A stretch of DNA of 64,000 nucleotides. Source: the human T2T-CHM13v2.0 reference genome, Homo sapiens. This document shows positions 43,360 through 58,834 of the stretch, one piece after another; within the stretch, counting starts at the first letter, position 1, and each line of letters opens with the position of its first letter. The DNA lies in the NCBI RefSeq assembly GCF_009914755.1, contig NC_060928.1; one strand, written 5' to 3'. A program made the position numbers and the translations under genes. Below the pieces are notes generated by a model. That model was not told the DNA's origin. It searched no databases and worked only from the letters and a program-made list of their open reading frames with translations.

Positions 43360-46250
43360 GTGACATAGATCATAGATAAACAGAATGAGGTCTACTAGCA
43401 TGGGCTATTAAAGGGTAGTAAGGAGATGATTTGGGTTTTAACTGTTAATATAATCTAACTTGTAGCAACCAGCCAATCAGCTGGGGAGGCCTTCCTGAGA
43501 ATGTTAAAGTATCATATTAAAAAAAGAAAATGGAAAAGTGAAAGGTGAGTTAGTGAAAATACACCTAGCAAACTAGTCAGCTTCATGAGTACTGGTTTAT
43601 TTATAACATGGGTGGGCCCTTTCTATCACCCATGGCTGGGATGTTAGTCCATGGTAGGAAGGCTGACTTGGACAATAGGGCACATGAATGGTCTTTCAAC
43701 TTTCTCCTCAATCTGAAAAACGACACTTTCAGGGTCATACTATTTTCTCTTTTGTTAACATAAACCATAATAATTCCAATTTTTTTCCTAAAGAATCTTA
43801 CATACTTCTGAAGATTTGAACAGAGGAGAGAAGTGTGATTGAGGCAATCCGTCACTTGTTTTGAATGAATTCATTCTCCTGAAGAAGTTGAGGAACACGT
43901 TTGTTTCTCTTTTTCTATTTTTAGTTGATTTTTTATAAATTTTTTTTGCTGCCTTCTTGCTTAAAAGTTAAAATCATGTGTTCTCAAGGATGCCTTTGCT
44001 ATGTGTGTTGAAATGTTATGTGTTTTCCCATTTTTGCTATGCTGGCAAAAGAAGCAATGACTTCTCAGGATTTCTATGATATAACAGCACTATTGGGATA
44101 TCAAAATACCATCGATCCTACCCCAACTATTACTACCTCATACAGTGTTTTAAAACACAGACCTCTACAATTTTCTTAAGGATCTCCAGACCTAAGTTTC
44201 TTTAGCTGTATAACCTGCTTAAGTGTTTTATAGTTTTATTGGATTGTACCTTTCCTAAATTCTGCTCTAGCTACAATTTAGTTTGCTATTTTCTTCACTA
44301 CCATAATTCCCCAAACTGTAACTCATCTGATTCTTAAAAGGTGTCATTAAAGCATCTTGTTCTTCCATATGTAAGCAACTATTTATATATTAACTGTATG
44401 TCTCTCTCACTATGCTATGACTTTGGAGAATATAAATGAATCCTTATTCTATTTACCCTAAAATTTATTATCAAATGGTATTTTAATACATCAAACAATA
44501 TATATCAAAGTAATAGAAAATAAAGTCATATATATATATTTGGAGTCATGAAGATTTGGTAGAATTTGAATAAAAGTCTGCAGGGAAAAGCAAACAACTT
44601 GTGATATAAGACTTAGTGGCTATAATATGAGTATGGTGTTTGTTGGGGACTGTCAAGAGACTGCCCTGGCTAGAATTAAACTGGGAAAACCAGTATGATA
44701 ATTAAAGACACACTCAAGGAAGGTCTGGAATGCCTGAATGAGGAGGTTAGATTTAGGAATAGCATTGCTAAATGTGCTTAATCCATTTTCACTATATTTT
44801 CTGGCTTTGAACTATCAGGAAAATTAGAAGTCCAAAGCTACTTTAAGCAGTTAAATGGAAAAATGATACATTCAAAGAGTTGTTAAATAAATTATGTAAG
44901 TGTAGTTGAAGTAATTACTATTCTCCTGGGTGAATTGATTTTTTAAGCAGTTCAGAATATCAATGAAAAAGGAAGAACAAACCAACAAAATGCTTCCTCT
45001 ATGTGTTGGGAAGCAGAAAGTTGCTTGGCCCATTATATCTTATATAATGCTACTAGAAATAAGTAGCAGATCAGGCTTGAGAATGTAATTATCACTGAAA
45101 TTTTAAATAGATGCTTAATATAAACTACAATAAATAAACTGAAAAGGTACAGAAGCCTTTCAATAAAGGGAGAAAGTTTTTTAAAAACGGCAATTACTTC
45201 AAGATTCAGAAGTCTAAAATAATTTAGACTTATTAAATTAAATGAGGACCTTTAATTAGGACTTAAGAGGCATTTTTAAAACCCATTTAGTATTCTAGAG
45301 TATTCCTGCTAAATGGCCTTTGAGCTATCTTGAATAATTTATAGTAGCCTTTGGCAAGTTATCCTTAACTACTCACAAGGTTCACTATAAATTGGAAAGA
45401 GGCCCAGGTAATAGAGTGCCCTGTATATATATAATTATATAAATATAAAATTAAGGAGAGAGATTACAAGTGGTGCTGATCAAATTCATCCCACTAGTAT
45501 TCTACTCTAGCCCACATGTTAAAGGAGTTTAAGAATGGAACATTTTTCTTAAGAGAAGATACAGGTATGGGGTGATGTTAATAACTTTTCTTTGACATAT
45601 ATAAGGTGGTGCAAAATCTCTTTCTGTTGCTTGGATTGTTCTGAGTGTAGCAATTAAAGGAGGTTGAGTTGGGTATTATGTACTATGGAATTATGTGAGC
45701 AAAGAAGATATATATTCCACTAGCCTCCACCCCTTTTATAGAGCATTCACACTGTGGCTTCTCTGCAATAGAAATTACCCAGTTCCCGACTGAGCAATAT
45801 GCTCTGACGCTTTTATTTTAGAAGTCTGAAGGTGGAGTAATGATTTTTATTTACAGAAAGACCTAGGCAAAGGTATGAGAAGTGAATACAAATGTGTTTA
45901 ATTGTTTTAATTTACTGTCTTGATCCATTTGGGGCTGCTATAACAAAATACCAAAAACTGGGTAGCTTATAAAAGACAGAAATTTATTTCTCACAGTTCT
46001 GGAGGCTTGGTAGTCCAAGATTGAGGTGCTAGTACAGTTAGTATCTGCAGACAGCCCATTTTCCAGTTCATAGATGATGCCTTCTGACTGTTCCTCCCAT
46101 GGTGGAAGGGGAAAGGCAGCTCTCTTGGGCTTCTTTTATGACAGCACTAATCTCATACATGAGGGCTCTGCCCTCATGACCTAGTTATCTCCTAAAGACC
46201 TTGCTTCCTAACACCATCACACTGATGATTAGATTTCAACATTCGAATTT

Positions 46251-47062
46251 GAGCCGAGGCGGGCAGATCATTTGAGTCCAGGAGTTCCAGAACAGCCTGG
46301 GCAACATAGCAAAACCCCATCTCTACATTTAAAAAAAAAAAAAAAAAAAAAATTAGCCAGGCATGGTGATGTGCGCCTGTGATCCCAATTACTCAGGAGT
46401 CTGAGGCAGGAGGATTTCTTGAGCCCAGGAGGCAAAGGTTGCAGTGAGCTTTACAGGAAAGGGGTCCCTATCCAGACCCCAATTGAGGGTTCTTGGATCT
46501 CGTGCAAGAAAGAATTCAGGGTGAATGTGTAAAGAGAAAGCAAGTTTATTAAGAAAGCAGAGGAATGAAAGAATGGCTACTCCACAGACAGAGCAGCCAT
46601 GAAGGCTGCTGGTTGCCCATTTTTATGGTTATTTCTTGATGATATGCTAAATAAGGAGTGGATTATTCATGCCTCTCCTTTTTAGACCGTATACGGTAAC
46701 TTCCTGACATTGCCATGGCATTTGTAAACTGTCATGGCTCTAATGCGAGTGTAGCAGTGAGGATGAACAGAGGTCACTCTCATTGCCATCTTGGCTTTGT
46801 TGGGTTTTAGCCAGCTTCTTTACTGCAATCTGTTTTATCAGCAAGGTCTTTATGACCTGTATTTTGTGCCAACCTCCTATCTCAGCCTGTGACTTAGAAT
46901 GTCTTAACCACCTGGGAATGCAGCCCAGTAGGTCTCGACCTTATTTTACCCAGCCCCTATTCAAGATGGAGTTGCTCTGATTCAAATGCCTCTGACAGTG
47001 CCACTGCACTTCAGCCTTGGTGACAGAGTAAAAGCCTGTCTCAAAAAAAAGAAAAAAAAAAG
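46251..47062 (+). mobile_element. 5'-truncated AluJb-like element (46251-46449 and 46998-47062), split by MER41A
   Basis: 'cagcctgggcaacatagc', 'gaggatttcttgagcccagg' are J-type; right arm resumes at 'gtgccactgcact'. Confidence 0.88.
46450..46997 (-). mobile_element. MER41A ERV1 solo LTR
   Basis: rc begins 'tgtcagaggcatttgaatcagagcaactccatcttgaatagggg'; lacks the GAS-bearing segment of MER41B. Confidence 0.88.
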
Positions 47063-49617
47063 AGTATTTGGGAAAGACACAAATATTCAGACCACAGCTC
47101 TCACTTAAGTGGAAAACAATACAATCTGGCCTCCTCAGTGCCTCAGAGTGAATTCCTAGGTTACCTTGGAACAAGTCTCTGTTTAGAGAAGAGCCATTTA
47201 AATGACCCTCTCTTTCTTTGCTATTGTAAAGTGAGGGTCATCCATTGGCTAAGCTGGGTGTAAGGATATAACAGACTCAGGAGAATTAGCCAAGAGGCCT
47301 CTTACTCTCAAGCCCAAGGAATTGGTAAATTGATTTACCTCAAAATCCCAGCGCCTGTACAAGGAAAGAAATCCCACCCCAAACCCTTGGAGAATAAAAA
47401 TTAGACAGACGAATTGGAATGGGCCAGAGTGGTACAAATGAAGGCCCCATGGAAGAGAATGACAACAGCAACAACAAAATCCTGAAATTAAACATCACTG
47501 AGTTAAAAAATATATATATGTAAAGTAGATATTCCATTCATGATGAGGGTTGATTACTTATGGTCATATTCAGGTTTTAATTCTGTCACCACTAGAATGC
47601 AAGCACCATTAAGCCAGAAGTTTTTGTTGGTTTTGTTAATTGCTGTCTCCCTAGAACCTAGAGGAGCAACTTATATGTTGTTGAGGTGAGAAATTCCGTT
47701 GATCCAATAGTAGCTGCTGAGAACACAGTGAGTCTGATTATGTCTATCTGTTTCTATTACATGTTGCATCAGTCTTTCCCACTGATGGTGTGGTTATGAG
47801 GACCAGAGTTGAGGAAGCAGCTTTAAAATGCCTAGAACTTGCTACATTAGAAAAACCTGGGGTAAATTTGCATGAACATAGCTATAACTTACCTGATCAC
47901 CTAATGAGCAACAATAGGTTGTATCTGCATGTATCAGGTGGAGAACAGAAGAGTCAAGCATGGATCACCAATGGGTGACCAGTTTAATTTCATATGAATA
48001 TTGGATAGTTTAAGAACATTGAGTGGTTCAAGTATACATACTGCCTACTTGGTCTTTATATCCATTTTATGAATTACCCATACATATTCACTCTTCTTAC
48101 TTTTTGTCTTAAAATGCATGCAAATTATTTGCTCCTGTAGTTAGTTTCATCTATTCTTCTTATATAATTGTTTCTCTTATTTTTTGAGCAGAATGGAATA
48201 TTCATAAATAATACAGTAAACACATTACATACAAAGTAGGCACTCTGTAAACATTTATTGAAAGAATTAATAAATACATGAAGGATTGGTCTTGGCATAG
48301 CATATGGCATCTAATAGAAGATTCCTTGTGCCCAGTCACTCTCGCAGAATGATTAGGCTTGAGTAAAATGGCTGAGTATGGAAACTTAAGATAAAAAGAA
48401 TTGAATCACACAATAAGGCATGCTATGGTCACCTGAACCCAAGAAGGTCTTCTCACTTATAAGCTTTATCTTTTAAATCTGCAATATCACTTCAAAAGTG
48501 ATAATATAAAGGAAGCACAATATTGGTGAACCAATGAGATTCCAGTTATGTTTCCAAAGGACTGTCAAAGAAGATTTTCTTTTATTGTAAAATGCTAAGG
48601 TGCAGACAATTTTAGGTGAAAAGAGAAGAAGCTGGACTTCCTGCAATCATAGTATGCACAAGTAAAGTAATTAATTAGACAAATGTAAAAGCTGTATCTG
48701 CATTTGCATTCCAAGTTGGTGTACTGGGTTATAGACATTACAGTAGGAAATCCAACATTTCTCTGGTCAGTTTTCACTGACCAGTTTAATGTTATTTCTG
48801 ATCCGTTGTGTATTTTATCGTTAAAACATATTCATTCTCTGAACCAGGGAACAGAGATTGAAAATTACTTAATTTTCTCATCCCAATCTCTAAAACAACA
48901 ACTACAAATGACTTTAATAAATATCTGATACAGATTCTTTATTGTTTCCATATGTGTTCATTTGTCAAAGTAAACTTATACATTAACATGGGTATATGTA
49001 AAATAGCAATGAGGGTTATATTCCTGTTATTTTCATATACACTTATACTTAAAGAAACACTAGCTGGAATACTTATGCTACCCTAATGTAGCAGCCATAT
49101 GAAGATGAGGCCTGACTTGGAATCTATAAGATTTTTCTAAATCTCAACAGTTTTTTACTGACACTGTAACACCTGATTTGGAAGGCTATGGAGAAATATT
49201 TTAAGTTCTTGAGCAATAAGGAAAAGTATTTGTGGAATTTGTAGAAAGGACAGTCTATGAAGAATGCTGTGAAGATTAGGAGATTCAGTTATCAGCAAGG
49301 TATTTACTATTGCTGGAGACTAATGGAAAAGTGGCTAGAGGGAAGGAGGTGAAAGTGTGGAGGGAAGGAGGTGAAAGCGTGGTCTCCTCAAGATTGTTCA
49401 AGGGAAGAATCAAGCAGCTGGGACCAAGTTGGATATAGGAGGAGGTATAAAAAAGGACTTGCTAGTTGATTAAAAAAAAAAAGATAACTTTTGAGAAAAT
49501 GGGTTAGCCAGTAATGGTTTGCTTAGTTTACAAAGAGAGGCAAGTTGAAATAATTTTGTTATTTTTTTCTAAGCCCTTTCCAGTTCTTTTCTTTTAGGTT
49601 TAAATGGTAAATTTTCA

Positions 49618-49738
49618 CCAGATGTGATGGCTCACTCCTGTAACCAAGACATCAGGGTGGCAGGATCTCTCGAGCCCAGGACATCTAGACCAGCCTGGGC
49701 AATGTAGTGAGATCCCATATCTACAAAAATAAATAAAT
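49618..49738 (+). mobile_element. FLAM-like Alu monomer
   Basis: 'ggctcactcctgtaa...gagcccagg...gaccagcctgggcaa' plus A-tail. Confidence 0.75.
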
Positions 49739-50509
49739 ACTGTAAAAATACCAATGTTATCAAAGATGGTTTAAGTATAAACATAAATAATGCTTAGAAG
49801 ACAAGGATGCTGTGCTTTGGAGTCTCAACATGCTTTATTCTGCTGTACAGTTAGTTTTTAGGATTGTTACTTTTAACTGTGCCATATTGCTGATGTATAT
49901 TTTTAACTTTTGTTGCTTCTATCAATCTTTGTCAATTCTGAAGAAATTCTTCATTTCTAGAGACTTTACTATGGTAAAAAATCAACTGACAAGCACCTAG
50001 TACATTGCACCCTGTGGGCCCTCAATAAACACTTGTTTTCGAACTGCCTGGCTGAAAGTGTCTTCAGGAACACAGGCAATAAACCCAACTGCCTTAAAAA
50101 TAACAGATGGTGGTATCTAGTAGGCGTTCCCCCTGATGCCTTGTTAAATATACAACTGATGTCAGGAGACATTTGCATTTTGTTGCCTATTCAAAGCAAG
50201 TAATACTTCAGTCATTTGCCAACATACGTACATATGTAGGAGAGAATGAACTCTAGTCACATTGATTCCTAAGCACCAGAGACCTGTATAATGATTAAGA
50301 AAAGCCAGCCACATAGAGGGAGTAGTCGACAGTTGCAATCTGAATTGCAAAAGAGATAGAAAGCCAAAAGGATAAGATGGTATGAGGTTATAATAAACTT
50401 CGATAGTTTGGACTGATGAGTCAATCACTCAGTCATTAGGAATGTATGATGAGAAAGTGAGCAAAATTGGAAAGATGAAAGCAGGTACATATAAAAATGG
50501 TACCATACG

Positions 50510-51550
50510 TATTCCTGCCAGCTATCTTGCCAAAGCACAAGTTTGATCATGCTATTTCTTTGCTTAAAGCCCTATAATTAACAAGAAAAGAAATTGGACA
50601 TGAATAATAAATTTGAGGATGGATGAGGTCTCCTAAATAATAGAAGAAGGAACAATAGACTTAACTACACATATCTTTAATTTTTCCTACATATAAAATA
50701 AAGGTCAACTAAAAAATGAAGAATGTATTTTCAGACACTCAGTGTTGACTTGTTAATGCATAAAATACCTCTAGAAATAAGAAAATTGCTAAACACTGAC
50801 ACAGAAATGAGCAAATCATATAAATATATAATTCTCAAAGTAGAAAATATGTGTAACTCACAACCTTTCTCTTTTTCAAAAAAGTTCAAGAGTATTCTAA
50901 TCAGAAGAATACAAATTAATGCACTTTTACCTACCAAATTAAAAAAAGATTGCTTTAAAAATAAGAGTGCATAATATTATTTTAATAATAATATTTTCTA
51001 GTAGAAAAAAATGAACAAGGTTTTTAATAATCAGAGTACTAATGTTTTAAAAATTTAGTTTCTCACCTTTGCCTCTTAGCAAGTCATACAAGTTCCTCTA
51101 TGATGGGGCCCCCACCCCACTCCAGATTATCTCCAACCATCTCCCTTCCAAGTTATTGTCCAGCCAATGTGGAATGTTCAGTTCCCCAAATGTCATGGTT
51201 TTTCACATGTCTGTGACGGAGGCAGCCATATTAGAATGTGTTGTGGATTTGTTTACCTGACAAATTCCTATGAAAGCCCCACCCTCAACACACTCCATGC
51301 TCTTTAAATCTTTGCAGCAGCACTCTCATTTTCCGCTTCCATCTACCAACTCAACCCTTCTGCATCTTGACCATGCTCCTTTTATTTCATATTTTATACT
51401 TCATTTTAATAATTGATTTATGTATTCATCTTCACTTAATTAAATTATAGGTTTCTCAAGAATAGGTATGGTGTTTTAATCATGTCTATATCCCAAGTTT
51501 CTACCACAGAGCTTGACAGAAGAAATTGTTTGCTGATATGAGTTGAATTA
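50510..51550 (+). mobile_element. L2 pieces (50510-50575, 51060-51550) separated by an AT-rich L1M-like fragment
   Basis: 'tgatcatgctatttctttgcttaaagccct' and an L2 3' end 'tgtctatatcccaag..ccacagagcttgaca'. Confidence 0.5.
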
Positions 51551-52032
51551 AAACTTTTAGGTCTCTGTTAACTCCTTCAGTGTAACATCAGTATGTTGCA
51601 GTGAACACATAACTTTAAAACATCATTGTATGCACACAGACACACACACACACACACGTTTTCTCTGTAGGTGCCTAGTTTAAATATTTTGTTAAACTGG
51701 AGGTTTTATATATGCAATTTCCACCAGAGTTTATGAAAATATAAAACTTCTATTATTTAATTACTTTAGTTCACAAAACTAAATCCTCAAAGCTCAAGAA
51801 ATCTCATGACTTAATTTCTTTCACTCTGGAACTGCCATCAGAGAAGGGTAATATAAACAGACTTAATGGCTAACTAAATAGTGCTGCAATAAAAACCCAA
51901 TACTTAATACCCTAGTTTGCTTCCCTAGGCTTCATGACTTGTTCAAATATCAAGGAGGCATACTCTGTTATTTTCACCCATATTTTCTTTCACTTATCCC
52001 AGAAATTTTTTTTTCTGCTAGAAAAACAATGT

Positions 52033-52302
52033 TTTCCAATTTTATTTTAGATTCACAGGGTACAGGTACAGGTTTGTTACATGGGTATATCGCGTGATGC
52101 CAATGTTTGGGTTATGAATGATTCCGTCACCTAGATACTGAGCAGAATACCCAATAGTTAGGTTTTCAACTCCTAATCTCCTCCTTCCCCCACCATAGTC
52201 CTCAGTTTCTTTTGTTGCTGCCATCTTTATGTCCATGAGCACCCAGTGTTTAGCTCCCACTTATAAGTGAGAACATGCAGTATTTGGTTTTCTGCTCCTG
52301 TT
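52033..52302 (-). mobile_element. L1PA15/16-like 3' end
   Basis: 'ttttagattcacagggtacaggtacaggtttgttacatgggtata', 'tagctcccacttataagtgagaacatg'. Confidence 0.85.
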
Positions 52303-53024
52303 AAAAACAAATTTTTGATCACAGACTTTATTTCATTTAGGCCACCAAGGGATTTTCACCCTTGGTCTTGACATTGCTAGATTTTAAGACCAATTATTCC
52401 ATCATAGACTACATGATATGCATTTTAAGATGTGATTAAAAAGAAGATGTGATACACAATATCTTACTTAACAAAGATTCTTGGTGAATGTGTCTATATA
52501 AATTCATATCCCATTAATAAAAGATGGTTCTGCAACTATCATGGCTTTTAACATTTAAAATATTTTAGAGGGGAAAAAAACTTCCTGAAATGCACTTTAT
52601 GTTTTCTATATCTGTAACAAAGAAATCAGTTAATTGAAATTTGCTTAATGCTTCAGGGTCATCAGTATGAACATACATTGTTATTTTGTGCCCTGATTCC
52701 TTAAGATCAGTCATTACACATAAACCTGCTTGGGGATATTTTAGGATCTGTCCCTATACTAATGAATTCCAGATTATTGTGCTTTTAGGCCTCTTTAACT
52801 TTCTTTGTTTTCAGCTGAAACCTATTTTTGTTGTTACTTAATTAGTCTGTAACTTATACCATTCCAAGCTTGTTAAATTGCAAGTAGATTTGTCCATTAT
52901 TTCTAACGCAGTCAGCATCAGAATGACTGAGGGTGGCTTAATTCTATACTCTGGCTACAAATGTCCCATAAGTTTATTTAGCAAGTTTTTCAGGATATCC
53001 TGGGTTTACTGGAGCATGCTGATG

Positions 53025-53672
<648 letters not shown>

Positions 53673-53689
53673 TAATACATATGCCAACT

Positions 53690-56600
53690 GGAAATATGTC
53701 TGAAATGTGAGTTATTTCTAATATTTTCCTGTTTCAAACAATGCAAAATAAAAAATCTTTCACATAAACCATTTTTATGAGTGCAAAGATATCTGTTGGA
53801 TAATTTCTGACAAACGAATAAAATGTTTAGTATAGACGTGATTTTGTAGATATTGTCAAATTGTTTTCAATAGGGGTTGCTTTAATTTGTAATCCCATCA
53901 GCAATTTGAGTGCCCGTTTCCTCACAATCTTGCCAACAAGTGTTTATAGAAAAACATATTTAGGGTATTACCAAACTGGAACGTAAAAATTGTTATCTAA
54001 GAAGTTTTAAATTTTCACTCTTGTTATTATTAATAATCTTGAGCATCTCTTCCTATGGGTCCCACTATATAAAAAAGGTGCCATCTATAGGGGTTGGTAA
54101 AATAAACTGTGGGGCATACACTCATGGAAATTTAGTGTAGCTGTAAAAAAGTGAAATAACCACATATTTGGAAAGATATCCATGATATATTTTCAAGGAA
54201 CTAGACAAGGTACAGAAAAATGTTTATAGTATACTATCACTAGTGAAAGAAAGTTGCAAGAACATAAAAATATATGTATTTGCCTAATGAGATAATGGAC
54301 GCATACACACGAAACTAACTTAAGTGGTTTTTTTATAGTGGGTGAGAAGGGGATAAGGAATTGATGGTGTTTACACAAAACATCATTCAGATTATATGAA
54401 TATGAGAGATGAGAATTGTTATCCCAGAAGCTTTAATTTTCACTTCTGTTATTATTAAAGATCTTCAGCATCTCTACATGTAGTAAGATCCATTTTCATT
54501 TATTTTTTAATGAATCATCTGTTCTTTTTCTTAGCTTACTTTTCACTTTTTTTTTCTTAAATTAAGATTTAAGAACACTGTAATATTGGGGATATTAGTT
54601 CTTCTTCTGTAGAATGGGTTGTAATTTTTTCTTATTTGTCAGTTGTCTTTTAACATTATTATTTTTTTTGCCATGCAGAATATTTCTACTTTGATGTAGT
54701 AACATCAACCAGTCTTTTCTTTTATAGAACCTGGATTTTAAATAATACTTTAATTGGCCTTGGCTGTCCTAAGGTTATAATAGATTTTTCCCAGATTTTT
54801 CTTCTATAATAGATTTTTCTTAGATGCTTATCATTTCTTTTTTATTTTTTAAATAATTTTTGCATTTAAATCTTTATGAATTGGGGAATGTTTTTATGCA
54901 TGTTAGCAATTTATACAAATATGTGTTGTTTCATGTCCTAATTTTATTTAATAAAAAGTAATTTTCCTACTGATTTTAAAAAGCAGCCTTTAATATATAC
55001 TAAATTCCTATATGTATTTGCTTCTCTTTCTGGATTTTCTATTCTGTCCTATTGTAGTGTCTGTGTTTTCATGTATTTTCTTTTCATTATTGATGCATTG
55101 TATTATAACACTATGTTTTAACGTTTGGTAGGACTAGTTTTTATTTAAGTTACTTCTTTTAAGTGTGTTCTTCATTTTACTTGGTTTATTTTCTTTTTAT
55201 TTATGATATTTAGTGTAATCTTTCTATTCAAAAAAGTAGTTTTTTACTGTGATCAGATAAAATACATTGATTACTTAGAAAGAACTAACATCTTTATAAT
55301 GTCGAATCCAAACCAGGCACATAAGTGTTTCGGTTTGTTAATACAATCTCTGTGTATTTCAAGAATGTTTTAGATATTTTCTCCTATATATTTTGTATTT
55401 TGTATTGCTGTACCATAATTGTACATATTTTGGGGGTACATGTGATATTTTGATATATGTATACAATGTGTAATGATCAAGTCAGAGTAACTGGGATATC
55501 TATCATCTCAAACATTTATCTTTGTGTTGGGAACATTACAATTCTGCTCTTCTAGATATATTGAAATATACAATGAATTATTGTTAACTATAATTTTCCT
55601 ACTGTAATATTGAGTACTAAAACTAATTCCTTCTATCTACTGAATTTTTGTGCCCATTAGCCAACTTATCTTCATCCCTTCCCTTTTGCATATGTCTTAT
55701 CAAGTTAATTTCTAGACATTTTTAATTGGTGTTCTATAGCCAGTTTTCTGATCTAGCAGATCTTCTATTTAGAGGCTTTTATATATACATGAAGGGTATT
55801 CACTTGTGAATATTTTTAATATCCCCAACCTTATTGAAGTCTCATGTTTTTAGTTATCTTGTATTTCTGGTTTTACAGTTATTTTTCTTAAAATAGTGAT
55901 AATTTTATCTTATTTTCAACTTTTATATTTCTAATATATTTTTCTTGTCTAATTCCATTGGCTTATAACTCCAGTGCAATGTTAAATAGTAGTAGGGATA
56001 GTCAATATCTTTGTGTTTGTCCTCATTTTAGCAGGAATTTCTCCATTATATATGATGCTGGCTTTGGGGATGATTATATATAGACACACACATATACAAA
56101 AAAACCCTGTTAATTAAGTATCTTTCAATGCCTATTTAGCAAGTAATAATTCTTACTTATCAAAAATAGCTTACATTTTGTCAAATGTCTTCAGCATCTA
56201 TAAGATGGTCATGTATTATAATAACATAGTATATTCCATTAATTGATTTCTTAATATTGAAACATCCTTGTTTCTGTGAAATGAACTACTCTTGCTCAAG
56301 TTGTATTACTCTTTTTGTAACCTGATAAATTCTATTTTGTATTTTATATTGACTTTTTAAATTTTAGATGCATAAGAAATGTTTTTCTGTAGTTTTCATG
56401 TTGAACTATCTCTTTTCAGATTCAATGGCAAATTATATTCACTTCATTACAAAAAAGTATTAGAAAGTTTTTCTGCATTTTCTATATCTAGAAGAAGATT
56501 AAATAGCATTGAAATTAATTACTCATTAAAGTTTGATAGAATTCCACAATTAAACTCTGGACATGAAGCTTTTGTAAGATTAATACTTTGACAACTGTAT

Positions 56601-57270
56601 TTGTGAAAATGCGTTTGCACTTTTCTTTTTCTTCTGGGTCAGTTTGTAAATTATATTTTCCTAGAAAATTATCCCTTTCATTCAATTTCATATAATATTT
56701 GTATAGCATTTTAAAAAATTATTATATTCTGTTATTTCTTATGCTATATATGTGTTTGTTGTTGCTTTGTGATTACACTAGTTTGTTACATATTACCTAT
56801 TAATAAATTTGCTTGTTTACATATTTGTTCTACCATTTAAAAATCTTTTAATTCATTAAAATTTGTTTTTATATTTCTTAATTCTTTTGGTCTACTTTCA
56901 TTTTTTTGTTTTCATTTTTCTAAATTTGGAGTTATATGATTAATTTATACTTCCATGCTTTTATTTTTATTGATAAAAGAATTCATAACTATCAGCTTTA
57001 TTTTAAGCAAGGCATCATTGTGTCCTACAGTTTGTCTCCATTTTTTTTAACTTGTTGATTTTAAAAAGACATTTTACAGTTTCTATTTTTCTGACTTTGT
57101 AACTGATATATTGTCCCATTCTACAGCATTTAAAAACTTGTTTATAATATTTTTATGTTTTTAATTTATTGAAGTTTTACATTTTGAGGCCCAAAATACT
57201 TACAGTATTTATGAATGTACCTTGGACCCATGAAAATAAGTGTTCTCTGTTATTAGGGTATTGAGTCTGA
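53690..57270 (-). mobile_element. Ancient L1ME/L1MC-type element, highly decayed, with nested L1 fragments
   Basis: T-rich antisense ORF2 and 3' remnants ('taaatagtagtagggatag', 'tttgtcaaatg', minus ORF 'NERDNFLGKYNL'). Confidence 0.65.
55395..55685 (-). mobile_element. L1MA4/5-like 3' end nested in the older L1
   Basis: 'ataattgtacatattttgggggtacatgtgatattttgata...taatgatcaagtcagagtaactgggatatc'. Confidence 0.8.
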
Positions 57271-57329
57271 TAGTCATCAGCTTTATCTTCTTGCTTATGA
57301 CATTTAACATTTCTGAATCCTTTCTTTTA

Positions 57330-58700
<1,371 letters not shown>

Positions 58701-58834
58701 AACTACCTGAATTTTATTCAATTAAAATGTTTTGGACTGAGAGAAGTAAATTAAAGCCTCATGTCATTTGTGTGTTTTCCTTTTTTCTAATATTTCCTGA
58801 AATGTCTGCCTATGAAAGTTTTTACTATTCACAG

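Larger units (their letters stand above)
45916..47098 (-). mobile_element. MLT1A0-like solo LTR (45916-46250 and 47063-47098), split by an Alu
   Basis: 'ggctgctataacaaaatacc...tttatttctcacagttctggagg'; terminal 'gacacaaatattcagaccacagc' resumes after the Alu tail. Confidence 0.85.

Noticed and set aside
43140-43379. ORFs with SLSL, CVCV, HTHT and RERE runs
   Set aside because: They are translations of the (CA)n(GA)n microsatellite.
50417-50423. Isolated AP-1 site TGAGTCA
   Set aside because: A single 7-mer is expected several times by chance in 64 kb.
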